A DNA stretch of 63,700 nt, filler included, from Dugesia japonica (taxonomy: Eukaryota): assembly GCA_001938525.1 (NCBI GenBank). It is 6 parts of 6 records of this genome, joined end to end, with 100 filler letters (N's around TTAATTAATTAA, not from the genome) between each part and the next. Parts side by side here need not be neighbours in the genome. Positions count along the whole stretch, not along the records: positions 13,408 to 23,044 come from MQRL01578434.1; positions 23,145 to 32,271 come from MQRL01540900.1; 4 more parts are not named here. The stretch is one strand, 5' to 3'. Shown here in pieces: positions 14,558-27,877 of this stretch. The notes under the pieces are model-generated. The model worked only from the letters and a program-made list of their open reading frames with translations. It did not search any database and had not been told where the DNA came from. Every line of letters begins with the position of its first letter. Position 1 is the first letter of the stretch. A program made the position numbers and the translations under genes.

Positions 14558-17500
14558 ATGTTACCAATAAATGGCGATTCTTATTCGGAAGGGTCTGTAT
14601 GCTTAAATGCTAATATAGAGTCAGCATTGAACACAGATTCAATAACAGACCGATTAATGCCTGAGATTTTTTGTAAACAGAATGATGTTGAAAAATTCAT
14701 TCGTAAAAGTGAGATGTACTTTGAGGTGAAAGATATATCGAATAAAAGGGAGCAGGAAAGGCTGGTCATCTGTCTAATTGATGAATAACTATTGGCTAAA
14801 TATGTTGAAACATTTGGTAAAATAGAAGGTTTCCAAGGACGATTAAGACGTGCCTTTAGTAAAGAAAGAAATGTCATTCGAGACATGAAAGACATGATAG
14901 ATTACAGGAGAAAAGACGAGGATATCGATAATTATATGAAGAAAGTAGAAGATTTCGTGGAAAAACTCTTTGCAAATAAGGAATTCTCAAAGGAAAAGTT
15001 GACAGCTAAGTTGCTGGTACAATGTGTAGGAAATAAAAGAGTAGAAGAATAAGTAATTTTACGTAAGATACAAAAAGTTGAAGAAATCANAGAGACTTTG
15101 AAACTTTTAGATAAAGTGAGAAATAATGAAGACACAGATAATATTATGAGTTTTGCAGCAGCTGTGAAAAGAGATAGAGAGACAAATAGAGGTCCTGAAA
15201 CGAGATGACCCGAAATACAAAATCTTGAAATGCAACAAAGGGTAATACCAAAATTTGGAAACGAACAAGTGGATAGACATAGAAATTGGAAAACGACGTT
15301 GGTGTGTTGGAATTGCAATAAAGTCGGTCACATGAGATGGGAATGCTCATTTAATTCAAGGATCAAGTGTTGGATATGTGAACGAGTTGGTCACACAAGC
15401 AGAAGATGCCGAAAGAAACAACCTATTCAGTGTTTTCAATGCGGAGGAAATTGGGGAGTAAACAATTGGAGGAATGCGAGATGAAATTGCGGTGTGCAAA
15501 TAACAGCACGTTGGAAAAAATGGGGAAAGTAAGATTGAATGTACATGTTGGTAACAAGAAAGAACGAATTGTTTTCATGGTGGGAAAACCAGTAGTTCCA
15601 GAAATAATTAGAGGTATGGAATTTTTGAATATTTTCAGATTTCGCTTAGAGCAAAGTGAAGAAGAGAGACTAGAGTTCAAAGGGAAAAAGTATATTTGTA
15701 ATATGGAGTCGAAATTTGTAAAACAAATTGATCTGGGTGAACGTTGGGACAAGGCAAAGGGTGCCATAGATTAGGGAGATGACAAGTGGTTGATTGAAAT
15801 AAGTAGATTGAGGGGAGAGGTTTTAATTTCGAATAAATGAGATGGGCAAAACATTTAATTAAACATACAATCAATACAAAAGGGGGTCCGATTAATGTAA
15901 AGTCATACTGACAACCGATGAATTTTGAGGATAAAATGGATGAAGCAATTAGAAATCTTTTTGAAAACAATATTATTAGGAGATTTAATTCGCCATGGAA
16001 TACTCCTATGGCGTGTGTGTTTAAAAATGACAAAAACGATATTAGGTTATGTTTGGACTTTAGAAGATTGAACGAAATTACAGAGAGACAGGCATTTCCT
16101 ATGCCAAATGTGGAAGAAATTTTGGACACTTTGAATAATGCAATTTATTTTAGCTCGATAGACCTTGGGAATGCATATTATCAGGAGGAGTTGGATAAAC
16201 AATTGCAGGATAAAACCGCATTTTCCACAAAGCAAGGATAATACTGCTTCAAGAAAATGCCGTTTGGGGTAGCTGCAGCCCCAAGAACATTTCAGGAGAT
16301 GATAAATGAAGTAATCACGGGATTTCGTGGAGCAATGGTATATTTGGACGATATTTTGATTTTCTCTAAATCAAAGGAAAAGCATTATCAGGCTAGTGGC
16401 CAGGTGTTGGATAGGATTTTATCAGCAGGTTTGAGGATCAATCCCGACAAATGTACATTTATGAAGGAGGAAATTAAATTTTTGGGTCATATAATCAGCA
16501 AGGAGGGAATTCAAACAGACCCAATAAAAATAGAGGACATTAGATCCTATGGAAAACCTAAGTGCGTAATAAAAATGCTCAGTTTTTTAGGAATATGTAA
16601 TTATTATAGAAAATTCATTAAAAACTATGCGACTAAGGGGAGTAAGCTTGAACAACTATGTAGTGGACCTTGTAAAACTAAATTAATATGGTTATCTGAG
16701 CTGACAGAAATTTTCAAAGGATTGAAGACTGTACTTACATCGGCTCCGATTTTAGGATTTCCAGATTTGAAAAGAGAGTTTATTCTGGATACTAATGCGA
16801 GTTTCAACTCAATCGGAGCAGTATTATCACAAGTGGATAGACATGGGAAAGAAAAGGTAATTGCATATGGATCCCATGCAATGACATCTCATAAATTAGG
16901 ATACTGCATAACTAAGAAAGAATTGTTAGCAGTATACTATTTTGCTTACATTTTAAACTCTACTTGTACGAGAGACGTTTCACTTTGAGAACAGATCATA
17001 AGCGATTACTTTTATGTTAAACACGAAGAAACCAGTAACGAGTCAATTTCAAACATGGATTTTTTTTCTTAGTAGCTTAGATATTAACCTAGAATACATA
17101 AAGGGGATATTACATAGAAACGCGGATGCTTTGAGCAGACTAGTGTGTGATAGATGTACACAATGTCAAACGGAGAACGAGGGAGTCAAGATAGAGAAAC
17201 CAAGAACTAGACTGATTTAACGGAACGATATTTTAGAAATTAAAATGGATGACGGAAATACGAGTAAATTAGTAAGAGAAGGGACGAAAATTTGGTTAAC
17301 AAGCGGCAAAAGAGACAAACAAATCGTAAAAATCATTAGATTTTTGTGTCACGCAGGTGTAGACAAGACAACAGATTATATTTTGGCACGATATGAAGGA
17401 AATTTCTTGAAGGATGAGATAAGTGAATTAGTTCAAACATGTAAATGGTGTCAAAAGTCAAAGACAAATACAGAGGGGGTGAAAGAAAAGACAATCTGGT

Positions 17501-17568
17501 CTGAAGACTTTGAATCATTCGAAGTGGTTTTTGTAGATGTTTGTGGACCGTTGAAGGAAACAACATAA
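14558..17568 (+). mobile_element. Ty3/gypsy LTR retrotransposon, degenerate gag-pro-RT-RNaseH-IN, 3' truncated
   Basis: CCHC knuckles (CWNCNKVGHMRWEC), SPWNTP, LCLDFRRLN, MPFG, YLDD, FILDTNAS, HRNADALSR and integrase CHAG...CKWCQK. Multiple stops and frameshifts. Confidence 0.95.
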
Positions 17569-17603
17569 ATCCTGACGAAGACAAGGTCGAAATATCGATT
17601 TGT
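17565..17603 (+). ncRNA. Minimal type I hammerhead ribozyme (Penelope-type)
   Basis: ataaatc-CTGACGA-a-gac(aag)gtc-GAAA-ta-TC-gatttgt: intact core, stem I 7 bp, stem II 3 bp, palindromic stem III, AUC cleavage triplet. Confidence 0.75.
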
Positions 17604-17718
17604 TATCTAATATCAATAATTAAAACCTAAATTTTGANNNNNNNNNNNNNNNNNNNNNNNNNNNNNNNNNNNNNNNNNNNNNNNNNNNNNNNNNNNNNNN
17701 NNNNNNNNNNNNNNNNNN

Positions 17719-17757
<39 letters not shown>

Positions 17758-18385
17758 TTAATAATTATTATAATAATAATAATTTAGAAAAAAAAATTTC
17801 TTTACTGATACTATTAAAAGAGCCAGAATTCAAATCGGATGTTTATAATTTTAGTTCATGTCAAAATTATTTATAATAACTAAATTAATTTTGTAATTTC
17901 TGCATGTGGTTTTTCTTCTTTTGATTATGTTTGTTAGCAATATCAAACACATTCATTACGTCTATTTATTAGAATTACAATCAGGGATTTTAAAAATTCG
18001 CCCGAAATCAAAAGCTAGTAATTCGGTTTTCACAGGCTTCAGAAAATAAAATATTTTTTATAAGTTTATAATTTTTATACTGAAAAAAATTGTAAATATA
18101 AAATATTATGCAAAAACAATTGCTTATAAATTTATTGGAATTAGCTTTATTAATTTTTATAAAATGATCAGAAATATTACGGATTTTCAAAAATTTCCAT
18201 AGTTTTAAGAAAAAAGAATTTTATTAATTTTATTACAAATAGCATACTACATTTAATTAAAATATTTTCNNNNNNNNNNNNNNNNNNNNNNNNNNNNNNN
18301 NNNNNNNNNNNNNNNNNNNNNNNNNNNNNNNNNNNNNNNNNNNNNNNNNNNNNNNNNNNNNNNNNNNNNNNNNNNNNNNNNNNNN

Positions 18386-18850
18386 CACTTCTTCAACATT
18401 GCAAAATCGTGTATCAAAAAGACTGTGCTGTATGGAAATAAATAAGTGAAAATCTAAAGGGGAAATATCTGAAGAATATGCAGAGTGTGATAGAACTTTA
18501 CATTGTAATTCCATTAAGCAAAATTGGCTGGCCTGACAGAAAAATCACCATTTTTTGCTTAGTCGCGTAACATGATAGTTTCTAAACCAACTACTCATTC
18601 AATTGCCGGCTGTTAAATTCCGCGGTGATAATCTGAGATGGTTTAATAGTTCATAATATAGAACTCCTTGTATGTTCCACCAGATTTACAGAAGAATCTT
18701 GCGACTTGAATATCTCGTTGCAGATATGATTTAGTTTGTTCTCCTGGATTTAGCCAAGACCTTTTGTTATTAACATTATGATAAAATATCCATTTTTTGT
18801 TTCCGATTATAATTAAATAAAAAAAAATTGTCAACTGATTTCCAACTGTT
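18386..18850 (-). mobile_element. Mariner transposase fragment
   Basis: IIGNKKWIFYHN and HSAYSSDISPLDFHLF. Confidence 0.8.
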
Positions 18851-19739
18851 TTAATAATAGTAAATTAACAATGAGAATGTTAACATAACTACAATAATAA
18901 AATTGAAAAAAATATTTAGTCTCCATTTATTAAATTATCTGCTTTATAATAAAAAATACTATTNTAAATTTCAATATAAATTATTATTTTATAAATAATA
19001 ATACATCACTTAAAAAATTAACTACACTCCGTTTATTCCTTACAAGGACTAAAAATAATTTCTAAATTGATTCTAGAAATGATAAAATTTAATTTTTATT
19101 AATATGTTTATATACATATTTATATTTCAAATAATTTTTTTAATATTTATATACATAAATGCCTTCCACTTTGATTTTCAATATTAGTTTTTAAAATACA
19201 TTGCAAGACTTTTGAAATTAATTTATTTCTATTGAATGAGTATTCATATTGTTCTTTCTGTATTTTTTAAATACATGAACAATTTAAAATCTTTTGTTTT
19301 CTTGAATCAAACAAAGATAATATTTAAAAAACAATTGATAGAAAAAATTTCTACACATGAAAAGAAGAATTAATTCTATTGTTTTAATACATATTTATAT
19401 TTATATCGCCNNNNNNNNNNNNNNNNNNNNNNNNNNNNNNNNNNNNNNNNNNNNNNNNNNNNNNNNNNNNNNNNNNNNNNNNNNNNATTTTTGATATTCC
19501 ATTATGGAATGTATTCACTTTCTCTGGTATTAAACCATTTAATATTAACAAGATTCGCGAAAATTTTGTTTTGTATAAGGCAGGGGTAGGCAATGTGGAT
19601 TCGGAGACAATTGAAGGGTTACACATAAAAAATGATACGTATCGAATTAAGTTTATACATCGTAAAATGTATAAATGGTGCCACTTTATTATATATATAT
19701 ATATATAAAAATGAAGATATATTTAATTTGAAGAATTTC

Positions 19740-21555
19740 ATTGAATGGATAAAATAATTTTCATCTTGATTATCATTAAAACTAGATTTTCCATTACTTT
19801 TTCTTCTTCATCATATAATATTCTTGCAAGTCTTTTATTCAAATCCTTTTTGTTTAAACATACTGCTGTGACTTTTAGTCTACTAAAAGAAAAACTTTTT
19901 TTGACATATTTCTTGGCTAAATACTGACTATATACTGGCTAATACTGGATGATATTGATCAATTCTTTAGGTCCATTTATAAACCAACCACTCCATAAAG
20001 GTTTCATTGAAGATTTAAATGTTGCATTTACCAGAGCATCTAAAGGTTGAGAAGGAATAAAAATGTGGTTTGTATTTTCTGCTTTTACTTTGTTTAGAAC
20101 TGAATCTTCTTTGTGTGCAGCAAACGAGTCAAATAGTAACAATCTTTTATTTATTCTTTTAAATAGTCATGTAGTATTCAGACATGTTTTCATGATATTT
20201 GTATCAATGGTTCCTGATTTGATTGTAATAATAAATAAATCTTTAGGTATTGTACACTTTTGAACTTTTTAATTTCTTTGAGAATAACCGTTGTTTTAAA
20301 TATTGGACCTTTTGCAGTCAGTAGCGTAGGCAAGGGAGGGTTTAGGGGGTTAAACTCCGCAGGCATATGAAAAAAATTGCATTTTTATGCGAATTTATGT
20401 GCCTAAAAAAGGCAATCCACTTAATTAATAAAAATTATATAAAAATTGTTTTTCGTACNTGTCTGTATTCTGTACTTTCAGTACNCTATAATTATTTATT
20501 TTTTTCTGATGTCCCATACGTTGTCTCCGTACTTTAAAGAATCGGCTAATGACGTCATTATTTAATACTTGGCTTCTTTGTTGTTTTATGTTAGTAAACG
20601 AAAACCAAAATTTTGACAAAAATTTAAAATTTAAAATTTAGAAAAAATTGTTTACATTTAGTAAGTTTAAAAATATGCAATGTATAATACTCTTTAAAGT
20701 TAAACAATTTTAGTAAAATTTCTATTACAGATTATAATAAATAAAAATAAAACAATTTATTTAACCCCATGTTTAAAAAACAACAGAGTAATAGTATTAC
20801 TAACTATTTTGATTTCAAACTTGTTCATACACCTACTCCTAACACAGCAGCTATTAGCAACCCAACCCCTTCATATATTCCTGGGTACGTCACTGGTTGC
20901 AGTCATTGCTATAACAACCGTTAGTCTACTTTTATTATGACCGGGGCCATGAGATTCTGTATTCTTTTCGTTTTTGAATTATATTATATGTGTAGCCGTC
21001 ATATCTATGTATAATAGAGTTTCATCCTTTAATAATTAATAATTTCATCCTCATCTTTTATGTCCTTTAATAGATGGNNNNNNNNNNNNNNNNNNNNNNN
21101 NNNNNNNNNNNNNNNNNNNNNNNNNNNNNNAAAGTCTTCCTGTCCTACACTGGTTATTTTTCTGCATGACAAAGCATTTGGTTTCATGAACTTATTTTTC
21201 CAATTATTACTTACTTTAAAATCCGATGTATTCAAATCATCTGCTATTTTTAGTGCATGCTGTCGAACTAATTCATAATTTATTATTCTTTTATTTGTAA
21301 ATCTTACATTATAAACCCAATTATACAGCTTATTCTGAAGCTCGTGATAAAAATCTTTCCTTCCCGATCTAACATTCTTTTTTTAATCTTTACTAGAAAC
21401 TAATAGAAATTATTATTCAGAATTTATTGATTCCTTAAGCATATTGTTTGTAACCTTCAATCCATGGGCTACCTTTGATATGTTATTACTTTCTTCGTTT
21501 CAATTTTCAATGGCATTCAATTTTTATTTGATTGTATAACATTTTCTACTCATTA
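19740..21555 (-). mobile_element. Degenerate pogo/Tigger-like (CENP-B HTH + DDE_1) transposase, interrupted by a MITE
   Basis: FKVSNNWKNKFMK..LSCRKITS, DET motif, LLFDSFAAH and QPLDALVNATFK. Confidence 0.8.
20319..20895. mobile_element. hAT-like non-autonomous element nested in the pogo element
   Basis: TIRs CAGTAGCGTAGGCAAGG / CCTGGGTACGTCACTG. 8-bp TSD tttgcagt / gttgcagt (1 mismatch). Confidence 0.75.
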
Positions 21556-24067
21556 ATGGGTTTAAAAAGTTATGCCAATTGATTATTTTAACAAATACGC
21601 ATAAAATATTTATAATCAATTTTACAAAGTTAATAATGGAATATAAACCATACTCACAAAAATGTATAAATAAAATAAAATTTATTTTTTTTAAAATTTA
21701 CAAAAATACTGAACGTAAATTAAAAAAATTAGTCTTAAAAATAAGTCCACTCCGAAAATCCGGCATATCAATTTTCATTTTGAATTGTTTTAAGATTTTT
21801 TTTTATTAAATTAAAATATTAATGAAATAAAAATTAAAACATAATTTTATTTTAGTTAATATAATATATTTAAAAATCTTTAAAATAAAAAAAATAATCA
21901 ATAATTAATTGTACAATTTTTAATTCATTTCAATTTTGGCTAAAAAAATTATATCTGGATTTTCTTTAGAAATTCAGTAAATGAAAATTTTTTTTGAAAA
22001 AAATTTATTTTCTAAAATTATTAAATTTATTAATTTGTTATAGTTAAGTTTATTTATTAATAAATTATCAATATTTTTGTAATTTAATTAATNAATATAA
22101 TTTCCTCATTTTTGTTATTTGTTTGAATTTTAAATGAAATCATTTAAATTCATAAATATAGCACAAAGCAAAAAAAGCAATAATTTTTTGAATAAGAAAA
22201 TAATTGAACAACATTCTTTCTCTTTTCATACAATAAAGCTTAGTTTATATGGAAAAATATTATATATCAAACCAATGCTACACCACATTTGTAACACACC
22301 ATAATTTAATGCCTTATAGATTCATCAGAGTTCAAGAGCACAGTCGAAATAGTGGAATTAGTGATTTGTTGAGCATCAAAGAAAATGTGTAAATTCAATA
22401 GTGTTTTCTGATTTTAAGATCCTGTGGAGTGAATTTAATAATTTTATTTTAATCATTTTACTAAGTTAAAACCCATCTAGTTACTAATACAAAATTTAGG
22501 TCAAGTTTATCATTATCAATACTTTCCCAATTTTAAGTTAACGGTTTTTGTACATCCAAATCGATATACGAAAAGAAATAAAATAAGAACCTTCTCACAC
22601 AATCACATTAATTTATTTTCCAAGATATTTCTTTTCATATAAATTGCTAAATTTATTTGGTTTAAACACACGGTGAACCAACTAAATTCCTTTGCTATTT
22701 GGATAAATAAAAGTCCACCTAAAACTTAACAAATCTTAAGATAAATCAACACTAAGATACGAAAATGAGCCTCACTGCACTTACTTTCATTTAACCAATT
22801 ACTAAAACTAATTAGAAATAGCTAAAATTATTAGATATAATATATAAAGCCATTGATTATTCTTTACTATTTCCTATGAAATGGAATTATTAAAATGATT
22901 AATATATTTATATTCAAAAATTACTAGAACTATATTTTAATTAATAAAATATAATTACTACATATAATTACAAAATATAAATACAACAACATTACAAGGA
23001 ATAAAATACTCAAATTAATAGTAAGTATGCTGGACTTTTTTAAANNNNNNNNNNNNNNNNNNNNNNNNNNNNNNNNNNNNNNNNNNNNTTAATTAATTAA
23101 NNNNNNNNNNNNNNNNNNNNNNNNNNNNNNNNNNNNNNNNNNNNCCTTTTGGCATCCAATTACAGAAACCAAGACAAAACTTTTGTGGTCCCAAATGCAT
23201 TTGTGATGGTAGAAATATGCAATAAAAAATAGCACTTACAAAATAACATGCACCTTATGTAAGGATACATATATAAGAGAATGATTCAGAACCATACGTA
23301 CAAGAATCAAAGAACATCTTAAACAGAAAGAAAGTGAAGTCTTCAAACACTTTCAAANNNNNNNNNNNNNNNNNNNNNNNNNNNNNNNNNNNNNNNNNNN
23401 NNNNNNNNNNNNNNNNNNNNNNNNNNNNNNNNNNNNNNNNNNNNNNNNNNNNNNNNNNNNNNNNNNNNNNNNNNNNNNNNNNNNNNNNNNNNNNNNNNNN
23501 NNNNNNNNNNNNNNNNNNNNNNNNNNNNNNNNNNNNNNNNNNNNNNNNNNNNNNNNNNNNNNNNATAAATATATTTATATATAAAAAATATAAAAAACGA
23601 AATAATATTAATTAAATATATTAATTAGTTGTCCTAATTCGAATTTGATAGAAACTTTTCAAAATGTTTAGTTAAAAAAAATTAGTTAAATAATTTTAGT
23701 TCATTAGTTCATTTAAAATTTGTTCATTTTTGAATGAATTTTAAAAAAGAAATTTATAAAAAATAACATTTATTTAAAATAACAAATATTATGTAAAAAA
23801 AACACAAAATAAAATTCTTAAAAATTTTCAAAAAAAAATACAAAAATTTAAAATTAAAAAGTTCTAAGTATAATATATATCTAAAATATCTAAAAGACTT
23901 TTCTGTATTAATTAAAAAAAAATTTGGAAATTTTTTGAGTTGATTTAAAAATAGAAATTAAAATCCATAATTAAAAGTGAAAAAAATAAACCAATAAAAT
24001 GTTGATAAAAATTTAAAGAATTGAGTAACAAGGATCTATTGTATTGAATATGTCAAGAAGCCAACAT

Positions 24068-24101
24068 GTTCCTGAAGAAGACTATTTTCGAAAATTTGAA
24101 C
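24068..24101 (+). ncRNA. Hammerhead ribozyme, slightly degenerate, at the start of a dispersed-repeat copy
   Basis: gttc-CTGAAGA-agactattttc-GAAA-attt-gaac, followed by AATAAA. Confidence 0.6.
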
Positions 24102-24209
24102 CGTTTTACAAATAAATTTTATTCTGATCGAAGCTATTTCTTATTTTAATGAAATCTCAAATGCGATCAAAGGTTAAGTCCAACAATTATTCTCACAATA
24201 ATTGTAATT

Positions 24210-26830
24210 ATAAAATCCTTTTCATGATCATTTAAATTACGAGATGCATAAGCAATAACAGTTTCTACACCATTTCTTGAAAATTGACTCAAAACAGCAC
24301 TAATTGCATTGAAACTCGCGTCTATATCTAATATCATTTTATTTTGAGGATTTGGAAATGCCAAGATTGGAGAACTACATAATTTTTCTTTCAGTAGTTT
24401 AAAACTGCTGTCACATGCTTCAGTTCACTCTACGACTTCTTTTGATTCAGTAATTGCTGCATATAATGGACTGGCAATTGTTGCGTAATCTTAAATAAAT
24501 CTACAATAATAATTTGTTAATCACAAGAAGGTTTGAATTTGGGTTGCACATTTTGGAATAACAGCTTCTTTTGCTTTATTAATAATGTCATAATTTGTTT
24601 CAACACCTTTAAAACTTATTGTATGACCAAGAAATTTGAGTTTTGAAACACTTAATTTACATTTTTCAGGATTAATTTTTAGATCAGATTGTTCAATTAA
24701 TTCCAACACATTTTGTAAATGTTTATCATGAATTTCTTAATGTCTGAAAATGTCATCAAGATAAACGATCACTCCACTAAATAACATCTTCTAAAAAATG
24801 TTATGTATAAATTCTTTAAATGTTGCAGGAGCGATGCATAATTCAAACGGCATGCGATTGAAACAAAATTGTCCCATTTTTGTGCTGAAAGCTGTTTTTA
24901 ATTTTAACTTTTCAGTTAATTCAATTTAATAATATTCCTCTCCTAGATCAATTGATGAAAAAAGAAGAGCCATTTAATGTTTCCAATAACATATTTATAT
25001 CTGGAACAAGAAATGAATATTTTTCAGTTACCGAATTCAATTTCCTAAAATCAAGGCACATTCTTAGAGAACTATCTTTTTTTGGAACAATCACTAATGG
25101 AGAATTCCATGGACAAGGTTTTATAACATTTGCTGGTAACAGATTTTGTATTAATTCTTCGATCTTGCCTTCTAAGTGCATTGGTTGTCTGCTTGGATTT
25201 ATCAATACTGGTTCTCCTTTAGTTTCTATGTTATGCATTGTCATATTTGTTAACCCTACATCAGATTTTGAATTCATAAATATGTGCTCATATTTATGAA
25301 GTAATTCAATTATTCTATTGCTGGCATTTAGCCTGAGTGCATTCATTTTTTTATTATCAAGTTTGTTATTTTTGCATATAACATCTTTTGAATCTATGAA
25401 ATTGATCTCTTTTATTCCCATTCCAAACGNNNNNNNNNNNNNNNNNNNNNNNNNNNNNNNNNNNNNNNNNNNNNNNNNNNNNNNNNNNNNNNNNNNNNNN
25501 NNNNNNNNNNNNNNNNNNNNNNNTAATTCTAGCTTTTCCTATGCATTTTTCACTTTTCTCAGAAAATACTCAGAAAATTGAATTTTAGGTGAACCAATCT
25601 TCTTCCAAATTTCCTCACTTATCACTGAGACAGACACTTTAGAATTCCATAACATCTCTACAATAATTCAATTACAATTTACACTGCTCCAATTTATATC
25701 ATCACGTTTTTGATACATAAGTTTAACATCCGGTCTCCTATCAATATCTCGATTTTTCTCTTTAAAATTCATTAATGCAACCTCACCGACTAGATGAACA
25801 CAGCGGGTTGCTAAACATTTTTTCATTATTTTCTTAGATATTTATTGTATCATGTTCAAAATCAATTAAGGAGTCACCTATTAAAAACCTATTTTTGAAA
25901 GAACAGTTTATTCTTCTGTGGTTTGTTTCTCCACAGCAAAATCAAGCACCATGCTGTAGGAATTCTAGTCTTGAAGGAGCTTTACAATAACATCTATTAT
26001 AAATTTATGTTGCTACATATTTCAGAGAATGTTTTGGAAATTCTAGTTTTTGTTCTTCATTTATATCTTTTAATTGTTGCATATTATTACCAATCCTTGA
26101 ATCTTTTCTCGGTTTTCTAGAAATTGTAGAATATTTTGGAGTATTTTCTTTGTGATGAAATCTGTAATTATTTCCCATTTTATTAAATTTTGATTAAAAA
26201 GCTGATCTCTTGACTGCACTTGCATAGCTGTCGTTGACAACATTTACATTACTTTTTGCTACAAATTTATCAACGTTTGCAGCCGATTCTCGACGTTTTT
26301 CGTCATTTATTTTTGGTTGGAGTGCAAAGGATTCTTTAAGTTTCTCACTTCTTAAGCCATTCAGAATAAAAACTCTTGATATTTCCTCTGGTGATCTTTT
26401 GCTTTCAAATATCTCGTGAAAAAGCTTTTTTATACTTATTTCAAAATTCCGATATTTTTTATCAATTCTTAGTTTAACTAATGATAGATCTGTTATTTTG
26501 TCAACCAAAGATTTATCATTAATTAATGTTCATCGAAACCAAGTTTCACACTTTTTATTTGAATTGAAATCCTCGTTTGTGTTTGTTTCTTGACACAATT
26601 TCTTCGTATCGCCTCGTAATAGCATGTCAAATACAAAAGAAATCCCCATTTGATTAAATATAGCAAATTCTTCTACATCCAATCTTTTGCAGTGTCTGAA
26701 TAACCATCAAAGAATTTAGGCTTCGGAATCAGCATTTCTTGCGTAGCTTGTAAAATATTTTTAAAAATCTTTTGTCGTTCTTCTTTCCTTTGCCTAGTAA
26801 ATGGCACTAACTTCTGCATGGTCGCCAGTT
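24210..26830 (-). mobile_element. Ty3/gypsy element (second family), degenerate gag-pro-RT-RNaseH
   Basis: PBS-like TGGCGACC at ~26820-26827, PWNSPLVIVPKK, MCLDFRKLN, VYLDD and ILDIDASFNAISAVLSQ. Confidence 0.9.
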
Positions 26831-26859
26831 AGATTTTGTAATTCAAAATTATTATTATT

Positions 26860-26918
<59 letters not shown>

Positions 26919-26968
26919 NNNNNNNNNNNNNNNNNNNNNNNNNNNNNNNNNNNNNNNNNNNNNNNNNN

Positions 26969-27027
<59 letters not shown>

Positions 27028-27877
27028 TACTATTAATAATATTTCAATCCTTTCCAAAATCATTAATTGTTGAATTTCTTTTCCGTTGGAAACTGAAAAT
27101 TGTCTACATAATCAATTAATGAAATTTGCAAACCTTTTTTAAAGACCTCGTTAATTATTTAAGTAAAATTTAAAAATTTTATCCGAATTATTACTATGTG
27201 AAAAGGTTTTACGAAAATATATTTTAGTAAAAAAAAATCAAAAGCTTTACATCAATTTGCAATACAATTTCCAATTACAGTAAATATTTTGTAAAATGCA
27301 TCAAATATATTTTATATATATTATTTAAATCTACAAATTCTAATTCTCTGGAATTCTGCATAAATAAATTCTTTATTTTCTAAACAAAAATTTTCATTTT
27401 CATTTTTATTTTACAAATTGATCTGATCTTTACAAGGTTGTTAAAAAAATCGTCCGTAGATAATTAATTTTATTTATCAAAACTAATTATTTCAGACATA
27501 TTTTTATTTACAAAAGGCAAAGATAACTTTATCAAATGAAATATCTTAAATGAAACCATTTTCGAGGTTTAGGCGTGGCCAAAATATTCTGTGAGCCTTA
27601 AAAAATATTGTAAAATATTTTTAATTTTAATAACAATTTTTTTATACTATTTGATTTTTTTTATTTATTTAATATTTATTTATTATTTTTTTGGAATTAA
27701 TTTATTTTACTGAAATTTTATTGATTAATTCTATTATTTTATAATTTTAAGTATTTAATTATTATCAATCACATTGTTACATAATCGATATTTTTAATTN
27801 TATTATTAATTATTAATCAATGTTGATTACAAGGTCAATGTAATTTATAATAATTAATTAATAATAATAAAGTAAGT

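Noticed and set aside
14581-17584. Minus-strand ORFs overlapping gypsy genes (similar cases at 24952-25299, 34211-34816, 38401-38796)
   Set aside because: Antisense shadows of coding sequence with no motifs of their own.
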